A DNA stretch of 63,548 nucleotides, counting the filler, from Octopus bimaculoides (taxonomy: Eukaryota): assembly GCF_001194135.2 (NCBI RefSeq). It is 3 parts of 3 records of this genome, joined end to end, with 100 filler letters (N's around TTAATTAATTAA, not from the genome) between each part and the next. Parts side by side here need not be neighbours in the genome. Positions count along the whole stretch, not along the records: positions 37,495 to 63,548 come from NC_068993.1; 2 more parts are not named here. The stretch is one strand, 5' to 3'. A model generated the notes under the pieces. It was given only the letters and a program-made list of their open reading frames with translations, was not told the DNA's origin and ran no database searches. A program made the translations under genes and the position numbers. Each line of letters begins with the position of its first letter. Positions within the stretch are counted from its first letter, which is position 1. This document shows positions 48,430 to 62,648 of the stretch, piece by piece.

Positions 48430-49670
48430 GAAATAAGGATATAACAAAAAGATATAAAAATAGATATTGAAATAAATAAGTACTTAGTTATAATTAATAA
48501 ATAAATAAATAGTATCCCCAATAGCGGGGTAGTCCTTCGAGGGTAATTCGGAGTAGACCTCACACAAAAAGTCCCGGATTTCTCTGCCATCCCCAAGGCA
48601 TAGGAAGTTTTCTTTCCTCTTACTTCGAAAAGCATACTCAGAATAGATCCATTCAACCTCATCAGTCATGCCACTCACAACCACCTTTTGAAATACGTAC
48701 TAGAAGGCAGCACCTCCCCCTCTTCCCTCCCATGCCTCTTCAAATGATATTTAAAGAAATTGATGAGAGGTCAACCAGACAGAAAAATGTCTGTCTTCAA
48801 ACCTTTGAAACGGGTCCACCACACAACCTCTTTTGCCACAGCCCCATAAGCAGAGAAAGATCTGCCTCTCTTCTTTGCTAAAGGAACATTGTGTGTCGAT
48901 CTTCACTATCAACTCGGCGAACAGCTGGATTCGTCTTACACGAAACAGTAGTTGTACAACACAAGCCCACAAGTTGCTAATGCATGAACACTGAACGATT
49001 GCATGCAAGACAGTCTTATCCTCCAGTGCATGCTTCTCGAGCAGGTTCGGCTGTTGGCGCTTCTATGCTTGGAGAGCTTGTCTCGAACAGGTATTGCACC
49101 ACTGTAGCACAACGAGGCTAAAGAAATTGTCGATTGTATTCGACCCAAAATGTCCTCTAGAATAGACCGGTCAGACCGTTCTTCTAGATGTTCTTCTAGG
49201 CCATCGTCGCTCAATTCTCTCAATTAGCCCCCTGCAGAAACCTAGATGCCAAAGGTGTAATCCTGGGCTATGTATGACCCATGCTAGCTGCTCGGTCAGT
49301 GAGACGAGCTGTGGAAAGATTTGTCGCACGAAGAACAATACCACCAGTTCACCTTTATTTTCGTTGCTGTCGTTCATACCATCGCAGTGATTTAGATATT
49401 TTTGCAAGTGTCGGTCGCAATTCGCGGTGACTTATGATCAAGGCGGTATCCCAAGACCACGACGGGGGTGATGCTGACAGCAGAAAGATTTTGTGACCAG
49501 CGGAACTTAATCCTTTCATAAGAATCGAAAAAGCGATCGCTCCAGTCTGGCCAGAGTTTTCATGGGACCAGATAAGACGGCTTGGTGTTAGGATACGACC
49601 GATGTGATGCAAGCATTTGCTGCTTCCGCCTGACATTTCAGAGACAGTAAATGACTAGGCAGTGTGAAAA
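48430..49670 (-). mobile_element. Tx1/L1-superfamily LINE ORF2 C-terminal fragment
   Basis: Across frameshifts: GAIPVRDKLSKH...SRTC...HAIVQC (the LPVRxxL...CxxC...H...C zinc knuckle region), then a hydrophobic RVRRIQLFAELIVKI...FLCL tail. Confidence 0.7.
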
Positions 49671-49699
49671 TCTTTAGGAGGTATTTCTCTACTTTTCTT

Positions 49700-51330
49700 C
49701 TTTATTAACCCCTCTGACAAGCATATTGAGAAAATCCAGGCCTTCCTATGAGTTTACCAAAACCAAGATGAAAATAAATCACCTGTTCATACGGATGACC
49801 TCAAACCGTTCACAATAAATGGAAGACAATTGGACTCTCTTATCCAAACAGTAAGGATATTGAAATGCGGTTTGAAGAAAATAAGTATGAAGTTTAATTG
49901 TGAAGAGAGGCAGGAAGATTAAATTTGATGGTATAAGATTAACGAAGGTGATATTAGATGGCTGAGAAAAGATGGGATATACATATGGCTATGGGGGCTA
50001 CATGACGATAAAATAATGGGAGGAGAAATGAGGGAAATTTTCCAAAGTGTACAATGGCCGGATTTAAAAGGTCTTTGAAACAAAACTAAATGGAGTGAAA
50101 CTTATAAAAGCAATCAATAAATAAGATATACCAGTGTTGAGATACTATACCCCGTTTTCAAAATGAACAAAGCTACAGAACTTAGATATGACAACTAGGA
50201 ATCTGCTCGCAAAACATGTCACGCACCAACCTAGAAGTAATAGCGAAAGACTCTACTTACCAACAAAAGAAGATGCAGAATTTTCTTAAACGCAGAAGAC
50301 ACCATCTACTAATGGATACTGGGTTTGAAAGATTATATTCTGCGTTCTGAATAAAGAAAACGGTCGGTGGACAGAAATATCCCAAAAGTCTTTGTAACAG
50401 TAAGGCAATTCAAGAAACAAAGGAAGAACGACAGGACAAATAATTGGAAAGAAGAAGATTATATGCGACAAACTGAGGATGCCGGAAGCAAAAAAAATGT
50501 TAGTTGTGGCTCACTGACAGATGGAAACCCGAAACAAGATACTGAATTGCTAATTATAATCGCACAGGAAGAAGCAATTGGGACGAAAGCGATAAATTGA
50601 TAAAATTCGGTCAGAGAAACGCCGAAGTCATGGAAAAGGAAATGAAGATATTAACCATCTCCTAACTAAATGCAGTAAGCTAGTACGAAAAGAGTATAAG
50701 TGCAGGCATGAATGTATCGTTACGTTGGGATTTTAGCCGAGTATGTGAATTCAAAGTGACAGAAAAGCGATGGTGTGTGATAATTGCAGAATTTATAGGA
50801 TTGAAGAGGATAAAAAGCGAAACAATGAGATGAGAGACTTTGTAATACGCTATGACATTTGAGTGAGTACCAAAGAAATTGAGAAAATATTGAGGAATAT
50901 TAAGATGTAACTAGAATGAACTTAAGAGACTGTGGAAGACTAAGACAACAATTATTCCCGTAGTAATTGATGTACTTGGTACAACACCCAAACTGCTACT
51001 TAATAGGCAGATGGATAATGGAACTGATACACGTATTATAAAGCTGCAGAAAAGTGCCATCCAGTACTCTGCAGGACGTGTTCAAAGACTAATCAATCTT
51101 ATTTTTGAAGCATAGGGTATCTAAGACTACATTATCCAATGTCTTTCGTTTTTGTTCTTGTGCTGTTGCCGATGTTACTTTTATGACAACAGGTCCTAAT
51201 TTGAGTAAATATTCCTGTTTCCTTGAGTTCGTCCTTTGTAAGATAGTACGCGAAGAACTTTTGTATAGTAGGGTGTTGGGGGTCACAAGATAATCATTGA
51301 CTTGACCCTGCTAGAATATCGAACTGAAGA
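49700..51330 (+). mobile_element. R4/Dong-like RLE non-LTR retrotransposon 3' fragment, decayed
   Basis: Motif remnants: HAPT..SNSERLYLP, QDTELLIIIAQEEAIGT, HLLTKCSKLVRKEYKCRH, TKEIEKI, IIPVVIDVLG, LQKSA; then a 3' UTR. Confidence 0.75.
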
Positions 51331-51842
51331 CAACTAAATTCCATTATAAAGAGTAAAAAATTTTTCTAACGAAATTATAAAAATCAAAATAAAAAGATAA
51401 CAAAACAGATCGAGTTGAAGTGGGTATCAAGTATGTGATGTGCTATTTCATTAATAAGCCATTAACATTTTATAATTTGTCAATAACTTTAATTTGTTCT
51501 ATCAAATTAGAGACAATCAAATATTTATCTTCCTCCTTCCCTTGAAAGTAAAATTATTTTTTATCATTTTTCATTTCCATACAATCCATAACACACCTAC
51601 ACACATATATATATGCATACGTATGCACAAATAAAAGCACACATATACATATACACACACTAGTAAACACAATCATACACAGGCATATATTCAAATATAT
51701 CTATCTGTGTGTATATATACAAATGTACATATATAAATATACGTATATGTGTGTGTGTGCGTGTATGTCTGTATGTATAATTATGTATAATGAAAATATC
51801 AAATATATAAAATGGTTTAGAATAAACACTATACATACATAC

Positions 51843-51880
<38 letters not shown>

Positions 51881-52723
51881 NNNNNNNNNNNNNNNNNNNN
51901 NNNNNNNNNNNNNNNNNNNNNNNNNNNNNNNNNNNNNNNNNNNNNNNNNNNNNNNNNNNNNNNNNNNNNNNNNNNNNNNNNNNNNNNNNNNNNNNNNNNN
52001 NNNNNNNNNNNNNNNNNNNNNNNNNNNNNNNNNNNNNNNNNNNNNNNNNNNNNNNNNNNNNNNNNNNNNNNNNNNNNNNNNNNNNNNNNNNNNNNNNNNN
52101 NNNNNNNNNNNNNNNNNNNNNNNNNNNNNNNNNNNNNNNNNNNNNNNNNNNNNNNNNNNNNNNNNNNNNNNNNNNNNNNNNNNNNNNNNNNNNNNNNNNN
52201 NNNNNNNNNNNNNNNNNNNNNNNNNNNNNNNNNNNNNNNNNNNNNNNNNNNNNNNNNNNNNNNNNNNNNNNNNNNNNNNNNNNNNNNNNNNNNNNNNNNN
52301 NNNNNNNNNNNNNNNNNNNNNNNNNNNNNNNNNNNNNNNNNNNNNNNNNNNNNNNNNNNNNNNNNNNNNNNNNNNNNNNNNNNNNNNNNNNNNNNNNNNN
52401 NNNNNNNNNNNNNNNNNNNNNNNNNNNNNNNNNNNNNNNNNNNNNNNNNNNNNNNNNNNNNNNNNNNNNNNNNNNNNNNNNNNNNNNNNNNNNNNNNNNN
52501 NNNNNNNNNNNNNNNNNNNNNNNNNNNNNNNNNNNNNNNNNNNNNNNNNNNNNNNNNNNNNNNNNNNNNNNNNNNNNNNNNNNNNNNNNNNNNNNNNNNN
52601 NNNNNNNNNNNNNNNNNNNNNNNNNNNNNNNNNNNNNNNNNNNNNNNNNNNNNNNNNNNNNNNNNNNNNNNNNNNNNNNNNNNNNNNNNNNNNNNNNNNN
52701 NNNNNNNNNNNNNNNNNNNNNNN

Positions 52724-52781
<58 letters not shown>

Positions 52782-53334
52782 GTGTGTTTGTTTAATAATA
52801 AATTTTCATGATTTAATCTTAGACTAGCTGCTTGAAAACTTGTGAAATATTAGGATAATCTACTACTAAAGTACAGTCAGCCGTCACTCACAAGAGAGTA
52901 TGATTAGTAACAAGTGCCATACTCGTGTTAATTGCTTTAAGTGCCTATCTAGACACGAGCAGACATAGACATCCACCCGGTGATCTCAGCATAGATCGAG
53001 CGAAATATCCACCCGGAACGTGAGTGCTACAGGAAGAGAGGGTTTCACCTGCGCTCCGAATGATACTCACGAGAGCTCAGCAGGCTGTAGCAACGTGAGA
53101 TGAAGTGACTTGATTAAGGGGACAAAATGCTGTCAGGTCCAGGAAGTCAATCTACAACTTTGAGATCAGAGACGAAAAATCCTAATCAGTAAGCCCCGTG
53201 GCTTCATCAACAAGTTACTAATTAGCCCTGGATCGACCGTCTGTCAAACAAAGGAGACATTTCAGTTAAGTGTCAACGAATTGTAGTTCTTAGACGGTGT
53301 AGTATATATCCATAATAATTTATAATGACGAGTA

Positions 53335-53520
53335 TATATCTTTTATTCTTTACTTGCTTCAGTTATTGGACTGAGACCATGCTGGAGCAACGCCTTGAAG
53401 ACTTTATTCAAATAAATCAATCTCCATGCTTAATCTGCTGCTCTCTTTTTCGATGAATCTGCATCAGTTGTCAAGCGGTGATTGGGGGAGAAACACAAAG
53501 GCATCGCTTGACAACCGATA
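53335..53520 (-). mobile_element. Type B SINE, 3' half (rest in gap)
   Basis: ttttattctttacttgcttcag...ccatgctggagc. Confidence 0.7.
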
Positions 53521-54489
53521 TATATATATATATATANNNNNNNNNNNNNNNNNNNNNNNNNNNNNNNNNNNNNNNNNNNNNNNNNNNNNNNNNNNNNNNN
53601 NNNNNNNNNNNNNNNNNNNNNNNNNNNNNNNNNNNNNNNNNNNNNNNNNNNNNNNNNNNNNNNNNNNNNNNNNNNNNNNNNNNNNNNNNNNNNNNNNNNN
53701 NNNNNNNNNNNNNNNNNNNNNNNNNNNNNNNNNNNNNNNNNNNNNNNNNNNNNNNNNNNNNNNNNNNNNNNNNNNNNNNNNNNNNNNNNNNNNNNNNNNN
53801 NNNNNNNNNNNNNNNNNNNNNNNNNNNNNNNNNNNNNNNNNNNNNNNNNNNNNNNNNNNNNNNNNNNNNNNNNNNNNNNNNNNNNNNNNNNNNNNNNNNN
53901 NNNNNNNNNNNNNNNNNNNNNNNNNNNNNNNNNNNNNNNNNNNNNNNNNNNNNNNNNNNNNNNNNNNNNNNNNNNNNNNNNNNNNNNNNNNNNNNNNNNN
54001 NNNNNNNNNNNNNNNNNNNNNNNNNNNNNNNNNNNNNNNNNNNNNNNNNNNNNNNNNNNNNNNNNNNNNNNNNNNNNNNNNNNNNNNNNNNNNNNNNNNN
54101 NNNNNNNNNNNNNNNNNNNNNNNNNNNNNNNNNNNNNNNNNNNNNNNNNNNNNNNNNNNNNNNNNNNNNNNNNNNNNNNNNNNNNNNNNNNNNNNNNNNN
54201 NNNNNNNNNNNNNNNNNNNNNNNNNNNNNNNNNNNNNNNNNNNNNNNNNNNNNNNNNNNNNNNNNNNNNNNNNNNNNNNNNNNNNNNNNNNNNNNNNNNN
54301 NNNNNNNNNNNNNNNNNNNNNNNNNNNNNNNNNNNNNNNNNNNNNNNNNNNNNNNNNNNNNNNNNNNNNNNNNNNNNNNNNNNNNNNNNNNNNNNNNNNN
54401 NNNNNNNNNNNNNNNNNNNNNNNNNNNNNNNNNCTTGACCATCCCTTGAAACAATAGTTCTTGAGAAAAAGAATCCGTTAAACGAAGAA

Positions 54490-54597
54490 GAATACTAATA
54501 GTTTTTGGCATTCCGTCGATTACGAGGGCTCCAGTTGCCTCGATCAACGGAACAGCCTGCTCGTGAAATTAACGCGCAAATGGCTGAGCATTCCACT
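54490..54597 (-). mobile_element. SINE tail, same family as 17231-17490
   Basis: ttggcattccgtcg...ggaacagcctgctcgtgaaattaacg...ggctgagcattccac. Confidence 0.75.
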
Positions 54598-54719
54598 GAG
54601 TCGTCGCATGACAATTGACAAGACCCTTAACCCCTTGGTGGGCGTTGAGGCGCTGCAGTCATGTAGCATGTCTAGGGCGTAGAAAGCCTAACGGAACCCA
54701 CCCCTCTCCAGGCTAAACT

Positions 54720-54860
54720 CATTTCTACAGCTGAGTGGACTGGAGCAATGTGAATGAAATGTTTTACTCAAGAACATAACGCATCTCCCGGTCCATGAAT
54801 CGAAACCGCAATCTTACCATCATGAGTTCAACACCCTAAACACTAAGCTATGCGACTCCA
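54720..54860 (-). mobile_element. Type C SINE head and CORE-like block
   Basis: actcatttctacagctgagtggactggagcaatgtgaa...gaatcgaaaccgc...caccctaaacactaagc. Confidence 0.8.
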
Positions 54861-55125
54861 CACATACTCGCGTACTTTTAACGCAGTCCTCAATGAGATT
54901 CAGCCTGAACAGGATCTGACAAGGCTGGCCTTTTGAATCGCAGCTGAGTGGACTGGGGGACAACATGAAATAGTGTTTTGCTCAAGGACGCAATTCGTCG
55001 CTTAGTATCGAACTCACAACTTTGAGTCGAATACCTTGACCACTTAAGTCACGTACTTTCACATGCTTTGACGTCCAATAGGAGTTGAAATCAGTTGGAA
55101 GTTTGGTGAACTTGTGTATTTGGAT

Positions 55126-55517
55126 TACTCTTTTACTTGTTTCAGTAATTTGACTGTGGCCATGCTGGTGCACCGCCTTTAGTCGAGCAAATCGACCCCA
55201 GGACTTATTCTTTGTAAGCTTAGTACTTATTCTATCGGTCTCTTTTGCCGAACCGCTAAGTTACGGGGACGTAAACACACCAGCATCGGTTGTCAAGCGA
55301 TGTTTGGAGACAAACACAGACACACAAACACACACACATATATATATATATATATACATACATACGACGGACTTCTTTCAGTTTCCGTTTACGAAATCCA
55401 CTCACAAGGCCCGAGGCTATAGTAGAAGACACTTACCCAAAGTGCCACACAGTGGGACTAAATCCGGAACCATGTGGTTGGTAAGCAAGCTACTTACCAC
55501 ACAGCCACTCCTGTGCC
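55126..55517 (-). mobile_element. Full-length type B SINE with internal microsatellite
   Basis: Colinear with the copies at 19870-20282 and 36536-36960. Confidence 0.92.
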
Positions 55518-56276
55518 TATAAGTAACACAAATACATTTTTGCCATCAAAAGCCGCTTGCAAATATTCTGCCTGTCATATATATCTTACCACTTGCGGAA
55601 ATAAATGAAGATGACATACGCCAACAACATATGGTTACTCGGCGTGCTAGAAATAGCAGTCCCGACTACTTCAACACACCATACATGCATAAACAATGAC
55701 ACTTCATACAGCGTTCTTGATAAAGAAGATAAGATGATTATGATATCAATGACTTTCACCCGTGGTGCACCCGATAAGAGACATCTACAAGTTAAACAAC
55801 AACAAAAACAAAAAGCAAAGCAATAACAACGGTATGCAAGCTTCTTATGAGACTCAGACTCTGTTGACACATCTTCAAGTATATTCATTACAAAAGATGA
55901 AGCATTTGTTTACAGATGTGCTTGTGTATCTGTGGGGGGGGGGGGAGGATGTGAGTGTTTGTGTGTGTATGTGTCCGTGTGTGCGTGTGCGCGTGCGCGT
56001 GTATTTGTCTATAATAATGTGAAAGGAATAAACGAAACAATAGAAAGAGACATAAGGCACTTCGTAAAACTAATACTGAAACACACACACAAACATACAC
56101 ACACAAACGCATATATACACATATACACGTGTGTACGTATTGCGCATATGTGCTCGATTTATGCATAAGTACGTTCATGTATGTAGAACTATGTACATAC
56201 ATTTCTAAACCAGCGTGGATATGCTCGCATATGTGTGTATGCATATACAAATATGTGAGTGTACATACATATGTAT

Positions 56277-56349
<73 letters not shown>

Positions 56350-56654
56350 TGAGTGTGCGTGTCTCTTGCTTACGCATATTAATTGTACAAGTGCACACAC
56401 CTCGCCTTCCCCCATTACACATACCCCACGCACATACACCCATAACACGCATGCACATATACACTGACATATCTATGTGTATATGTATGTGTGTGTGTTG
56501 GTGTGTGTGCGTGTGTGTGTTTGTGTAGATAGTGGGAGAGAATAAGCATTTACCATGCACTTATTCCGTCACTTTAACGAAACCGCCATAAAATATACAC
56601 ATACTGATATCATCACTTCTTCTACACATCCGCATGCATACACACACACGCACT

Positions 56655-56693
<39 letters not shown>

Positions 56694-57258
56694 ACACATA
56701 CACACACATACACACACACAACACTCACATACCCATGCAGCAAAAGCATATGGATGCTGTTTCATGCGCTCCGTTAGCAATCGTTAAAATAATTAACTGC
56801 AAAATCTCTGACGAGTTTACTATCATGTTTAAACCTGTTTCTTTAGTGAAACTCAATTCGCTAAATATACGCNNNNNNNNNNNNNNNNNNNNNNNNNNNN
56901 NNNNNNNNNNNNNNNNNNNNNNNNNNNNNNNNNNNNNNNNNNNNNNNNNNNNNNNNNNNNNNNNNNNNNNNNNNNNNNNNNNNNNNNNNNNNNNNNNNNN
57001 NNNNNNNNNNNNNNNNNNNNNNNNNNNNNNNNNNNNNNNNNNNNNNNNNNNNNNNNNNNNNNNNNNNNNNNNNNNNNNNNNNNNNNNNNNNNNNNNNNNN
57101 NNNNNNNNNNNNNNNNNNNNNNNNNNNNNNNNNNNNNNNNNNNNNNNNNNNNNNNNNNNNNNNNNNNNNNNNNNNNNNNNNNNNNNNNNNNNNNNNNNNN
57201 NNNNNNNNNNNNNNNNNNNNNNNNNNNNNNNNNNNNNNNNNNNNNNNNNNNNNNNNNN

Positions 57259-57612
57259 TTATTCCGATTACATCGACCCCAGTGCGTAAATGGTATTTAT
57301 TTATTAGACTCAAAAAGGATAAAAGGTAAACCCGATCTCGGCGGAAATTGAACTCAGAACGCATCGGCAGACGTAATACCTATTTCGTTATTGCCCACAA
57401 GGGGCTAAACATAGAGGGAACAAACAAGAACAGACGAATGGATTAAGTCGATTACATCGACCCCAGTGCGTAACTGGTACTTAATTTATCGACCCCGAAA
57501 GGATGAAAGGCAAAGTCGACCTCGGCGGAATTTGAACTCAGAACGTAACGGCAGACGTAATACCGCTAAGCATTTCGCCCGGCGTGCTGATGATTCTGCC
57601 AGTTCACCACCT
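57259..57612 (-). mobile_element. Two tandem type A SINE copies, one with its long 3' tail
   Basis: 57445-57612 is well conserved; 57259-57378 is a head-truncated second copy. Confidence 0.88.
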
Positions 57613-58030
57613 TAAGAGTATTTATTAATATCTGATAGATCCTGCTGATATTTCTTCATTGACACTCTTTCACCAGACATGCTCTATGTTTGTCACTTTC
57701 AATTATTTGGATTTGCTGAACTCCACAGCAAATGTTAGATATAAGTACGTTTAAATAGAGAACTACTACAAAGTAACAGCAGTAGGACTAGAAAATGCGT
57801 AAAAGCAAATGAAGGGGACATTTGTGTAAAACGAACACGAATTAATCAAGTAGCAAGAGTTGCAGTAGCGGCAAAGAAGAAAAAGAGAAAAGGAATTAGG
57901 TATATTTCTAAAGCAATTTACACACACACACAGACATGCACCGGTACATGCATACGCATACACTCACATACGTACCCACCCACCCACACACACGTATATA
58001 TATATATATACATATATATATCTGTGCCTC

Positions 58031-58071
<41 letters not shown>

Positions 58072-58151
58072 GAGTAAGAGTAAGAGTATATATATTAGAT
58101 ATATATATATACACACACACATATAAATACATATATATTACATAATATACA

Positions 58152-58196
58152 GGGTTATGACACAAGTCATTAAGAACCCGAAACAGCTGTAAAGAT
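58152..58196 (+). other. 3' half of a hammerhead motif (CUGAUGA lost)
   Basis: GGGTT-ATGAC-ACAA-GTCAT-TAAG-AACCC-GAAA-CAGCTG-TA: same GAAACAGCTGTA as the 32-kb motifs but a different stem II. Confidence 0.5.
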
Positions 58197-58807
58197 AAAA
58201 CTTCTTTATATCATCCATGCATTTATTTGTTTTTCCAACTTTCCATTTGATAACACTTCTTAGGCCTACTTTTATTTATCGACATTTTCTGCATATATAT
58301 CTATATACACACACACACATACATACACACAGGCGTGCGCACATGCTCGCACACACACACATACACGCACACACATTACTGTGCTTGTCTTGTGCTTGCT
58401 TTATATATATATATACACATACACACAGAGACAAGCAGACAGACTGACAGGCAGACAGATAGATAGATTACTCTTGTCTACCTTCGACTATCAACCTTTA
58501 ACAACTGGATGGTGTTTTGCTTCAGAAACTAGCTCTTAATTCCGTTCTTTATTCTCTTCCGTATAAGGAATATCTGCAGTACTGAAGTCATATGTGATTG
58601 TCACTTCTCTCCATATTACGAGTATGAAATCTTATGCGAGCATATCTCAATGTATTACCTTAAGTCTAGTAACACTAAATTCTATCTGTAGACAGAACAG
58701 AGACAGGATCGCGACACCATTACGTACACAGAAGACAACTCCAACGTCCTGTTCTTGCACATGTATATATAATCATATTTTATGTGTATATATTCATATA
58801 GGTATAT

Positions 58808-58862
<55 letters not shown>

Positions 58863-59261
58863 NNNNNNNNNNNNNNNNNNNNNNNNNNNNNNNNNNNNNN
58901 NNNNNNNNNNNNNNNNNNNNNNNNNNNNNNNNNNNNNNNNNNNNNNNNNNNNNNNNNNNNNNNNNNNNNNNNNNNNNNNNNNNNNNNNNNNNNNNNNNNN
59001 NNNNNNNNNNNNNNNNNNNNNNNNNNNNNNNNNNNNNNNNNNNNNNNNNNNNNNNNNNNNNNNNNNNNNNNNNNNNNNNNNNNNNNNNNNNNNNNNNNNN
59101 NNNNNNNNNNNNNNNNNNNNNNNNNNNNNNNNNNNNNNNNNNNNNNNNNNNNNNNNNNNNNNNNNNNNNNNNNNNNNNNNNNNNNNNNNTATATATATAT
59201 ATATATATCTGTATGCGTCTATATCAGAATATATTTATGTATGCATCTATCTATCTACCTG

Positions 59262-59318
<57 letters not shown>

Positions 59319-59889
59319 TGTTCTATATGCATGCGCGTGTGTTTGTATGTATATGTGAGTGAGTATGTGTACGTTATGAACACGTCCATGGTTATGAATG
59401 TATGCATATGTGTGTATGTATGTTATTCTTTTTTTCTTACGCATATTGATGAACATAGATGAACATAGATGAACGCGCAATCTCATAAGTGCATGAATAT
59501 ACATTCACCAACAAATACCTATTCACGTGTACGTGTGCGTGTAGGTGAGTGTATGTACGTGTCTGTGTGTGTGACTATGAGTATATAATTGCCCGTCTCG
59601 CGACACTGCCCCGGAGAAATTGAATTCTTTCTTCAAAACTTCAAAGCAGACGACAGCATCACAACCTCCAATATCATTTTCATTGGCTGGCAGTAAACAA
59701 AATATTTACACCGTGGCGAAGTCATATAATTTCTAGAGCTATATCAAAACGAGTAATGCACATTCATATCTACCTACTTATCTATGCTACACAGACACAC
59801 ACTGACACAGACGCTCTCACACACACACACACACATGTGTGTGTATATATATGTGTGTGTGTGAATATATATATGTAAATATATGTGTG

Positions 59890-59974
<85 letters not shown>

Positions 59975-61219
59975 ATATATGTACGTGTGTATGTATGCAT
60001 GTACATGAATAAAATACAATAAAAGAATACAATAAAATATAACAATAAATAAATATATAAATAAATAAATAATAAATTGATAACTAACTAAATAAATAAA
60101 TAAATAAATAAACCGAATCTCACAAACACTGGAATGTATCGAAATGAAAATAGCAGTGAACAAGAGAAAGAGGAGAGAAAAAGTAAATGGCACTACGCAT
60201 GCGCGCAACTAAAGTAATTTTGCATTTTCATTTTTTTCTTTATATTAAAATATATAGTTTTTATTTGATTGGAGTCAAAAATAAGCCAAATGAAGCAACC
60301 GGTCAAAATTTGTGTATATAAATATCATACTATATAATGTATAATTGTTGAGTTTAAGTATGTGCTTGTATGTGTGCATCCATAATTTCCATATGTATAT
60401 ATATATATACACATATATATATATATATATATANNNNNNNNNNNNNNNNNNNNNNNNNNNNNNNNNNNNNNNNNNNNNNNNNNNNNNNNNNNNNNNNNNN
60501 NNNNNNNNNNNNNNNNNNNNNNNNNNNNNNNNNNNNNNNNNNNNNNNNNNNNNNNNNNNNNNNNNNNNNNNNNNNNNNNNNNNNNNNNNNNNNNNNNNNN
60601 NNNNNNNNNNNNNNNNNNNNNNNNNNNNNNNNNNNNNNNNNNNNNNNNNNNNNNNNNNNNNNNNNNNNNNNNNNNNNNNNNNNNNNNNNNNNNNNNNNNN
60701 NNNNNNNNNNNNNNNNNNNNNNNNNNNNNNNNNNNNNNNNNNNNNNNNNNNNNNNNNNNNNNNNNNNNNNNNNNNNNNNNNNNNNNNNNNNNNNNNNNNN
60801 NNNNNNNNNNNNNNNNNNNNNNNNNNNNNNNNNNNNNNNNNNNNNNNNNNNNNNNNNNNNNNNNNNNNNNNNNNNNNNNNNNNNNNNNNNNNNNNNNNNN
60901 NNNNNNNNNNNNNNNNNNNNNNNNNNNNNNNNNNNNNNNNNNNNNNNNNNNTGTTAAAAGTCCTGATCGTTAAATGTCAAATTCACATATTATTATATAA
61001 TTGTATTCCTAATTAATATCTCAGAGATAAATCTGTAAATTATTTTGAATTCTGTTTCTCATCCGTCTTGTAATTTCTAAAATACAATATATATGCGAAT
61101 AATTTTCAGTGACCGTCTTCCACACAGTTCTCCAGTTAACATATTTGGGATTGTAACGAAGCAAACTAACATGCTGCCGTGCCTAACGGTCTACTGCGTT
61201 CAATCAGTCCCTCTGTAAT

Positions 61220-61390
61220 ATATCTTATATTTTTCGTCTGTATTTACGTTCTGAGTTCAAATTCCGCCGAGGTCGACTTTGCCTTTCATCCTATCGGCAT
61301 CGATAAATTAAGTACCAGTTGTGTATTGGAGTCGATCTTAACGACTGGCCCCCTCCTCCAAAATTTCGAGCCTTGTACCTTGAGTAGAAA
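61220..61390 (+). mobile_element. Type A SINE, 5'-truncated
   Basis: gttctgagttcaaattccgccgaggtcgactttgcctttcatcc...aagtaccag. Confidence 0.88.
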
Positions 61391-62648
61391 AGAATATATC
61401 TTATATTAGCAAACTGGCCATTGAGTAGAAAACACATTATAATACAGATAAACATGCGTTTTATGTTCTTGTATACATGCTATGGCTAAAATTGTAATAA
61501 GCGTTCGTCGCATTTTGGCTATCGAAAATAATCGACGGGAGATGAGTAGTAGTATGCGTGAGGGTTTATATGCTCCAATGTTAGACTATTTTCTTAAGCC
61601 AATACGCGATGAACGCTTAAGTGCTTAAAGCTTATAATTATTATTTTCCGAATTTTTACTCGTCGCCAATTCTTAATCTAACACAGAGTATAATATTGTA
61701 TATATACGTACGTACGTAGGATGTATGTATGTATGTATGTATGTATGTATGTATGTATGTTTCTCGTCTGTTTTTAATTATTGAAATTCTTCCTGGATTG
61801 AAATTCTTCCAAAGCTCCATCGATGAAATGTAGATAATGAAGACATCATCATATTTTAAACCTGACAAAAGTCTTGCATAGTTTTATTGTTCTGCTTACA
61901 GATTGTATTTGTAATGTGCAAGTCAGTTAGCTGAAATTCTTTTCCTGAAAATCCAAGCTTATCTGGACTAAGAGTGCTCCAGTAATCAATGGTTTAAATG
62001 TATGTGCTTGTGTGAGAGAAATGTGGAACAAAGTAAGACAAGCAGGCATACAGAATAAGAGTGACAGGATAGAAAGCAAAATCGAGTGTTCGAATTATTA
62101 TTAGTATGTATGTATGTATGGATGTATGGATGGATGGATGGATACGGCAGAATAAACAAGCAAAATGAAAAAGTATTCAACATATTTGGTTGGAGTTAAA
62201 AGTATTTAATAAGAATTTGACTGCTCAAAATGATTTAAAGTCTCCTGGGCGCGTGCATCTGCTGTTCGGAGATAGAGTTTGCATCCGAAAATCTGATGAG
62301 ATAACTTCTCCTATACGCCTACGAAATTTTTGAGTCATGTAGAGCTGGCTTAGACAGTTATCAAATATTTAAATAAATAAATAAGTTCAATACATAAATA
62401 TGAATTGCTAGATAAAATCAGATAAAAATCATCGCCATCTAGATTAACTAGAATCCATTCTATATCGCATTCTGCGTGTATTCGCTTTTTCTGTCAAATT
62501 AAGGTATTTTACTGACGTATACTGATGCATCTCTCTCCACAGATATCACATATGCGTCTTAGATCATTCGAGGAAAAATAATCCTTTAGCTGTGCTACTA
62601 ATGATTATAATGATGCGTTAAAAATTCTGCCATCAAATAGAAACGCAA

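Noticed and set aside
55540-55710. Natural-looking open frame ...EINEDDIRQQHMVTRRARNSSPDYFNTPYMHKQ*
   Set aside because: No acceptor or start was found, it is short, and no homology was recognised.
62292-62325. CTGATGA...GAAA on the plus strand
   Set aside because: Stem II does not pair beyond one base and stem I cannot form after any UH triplet.
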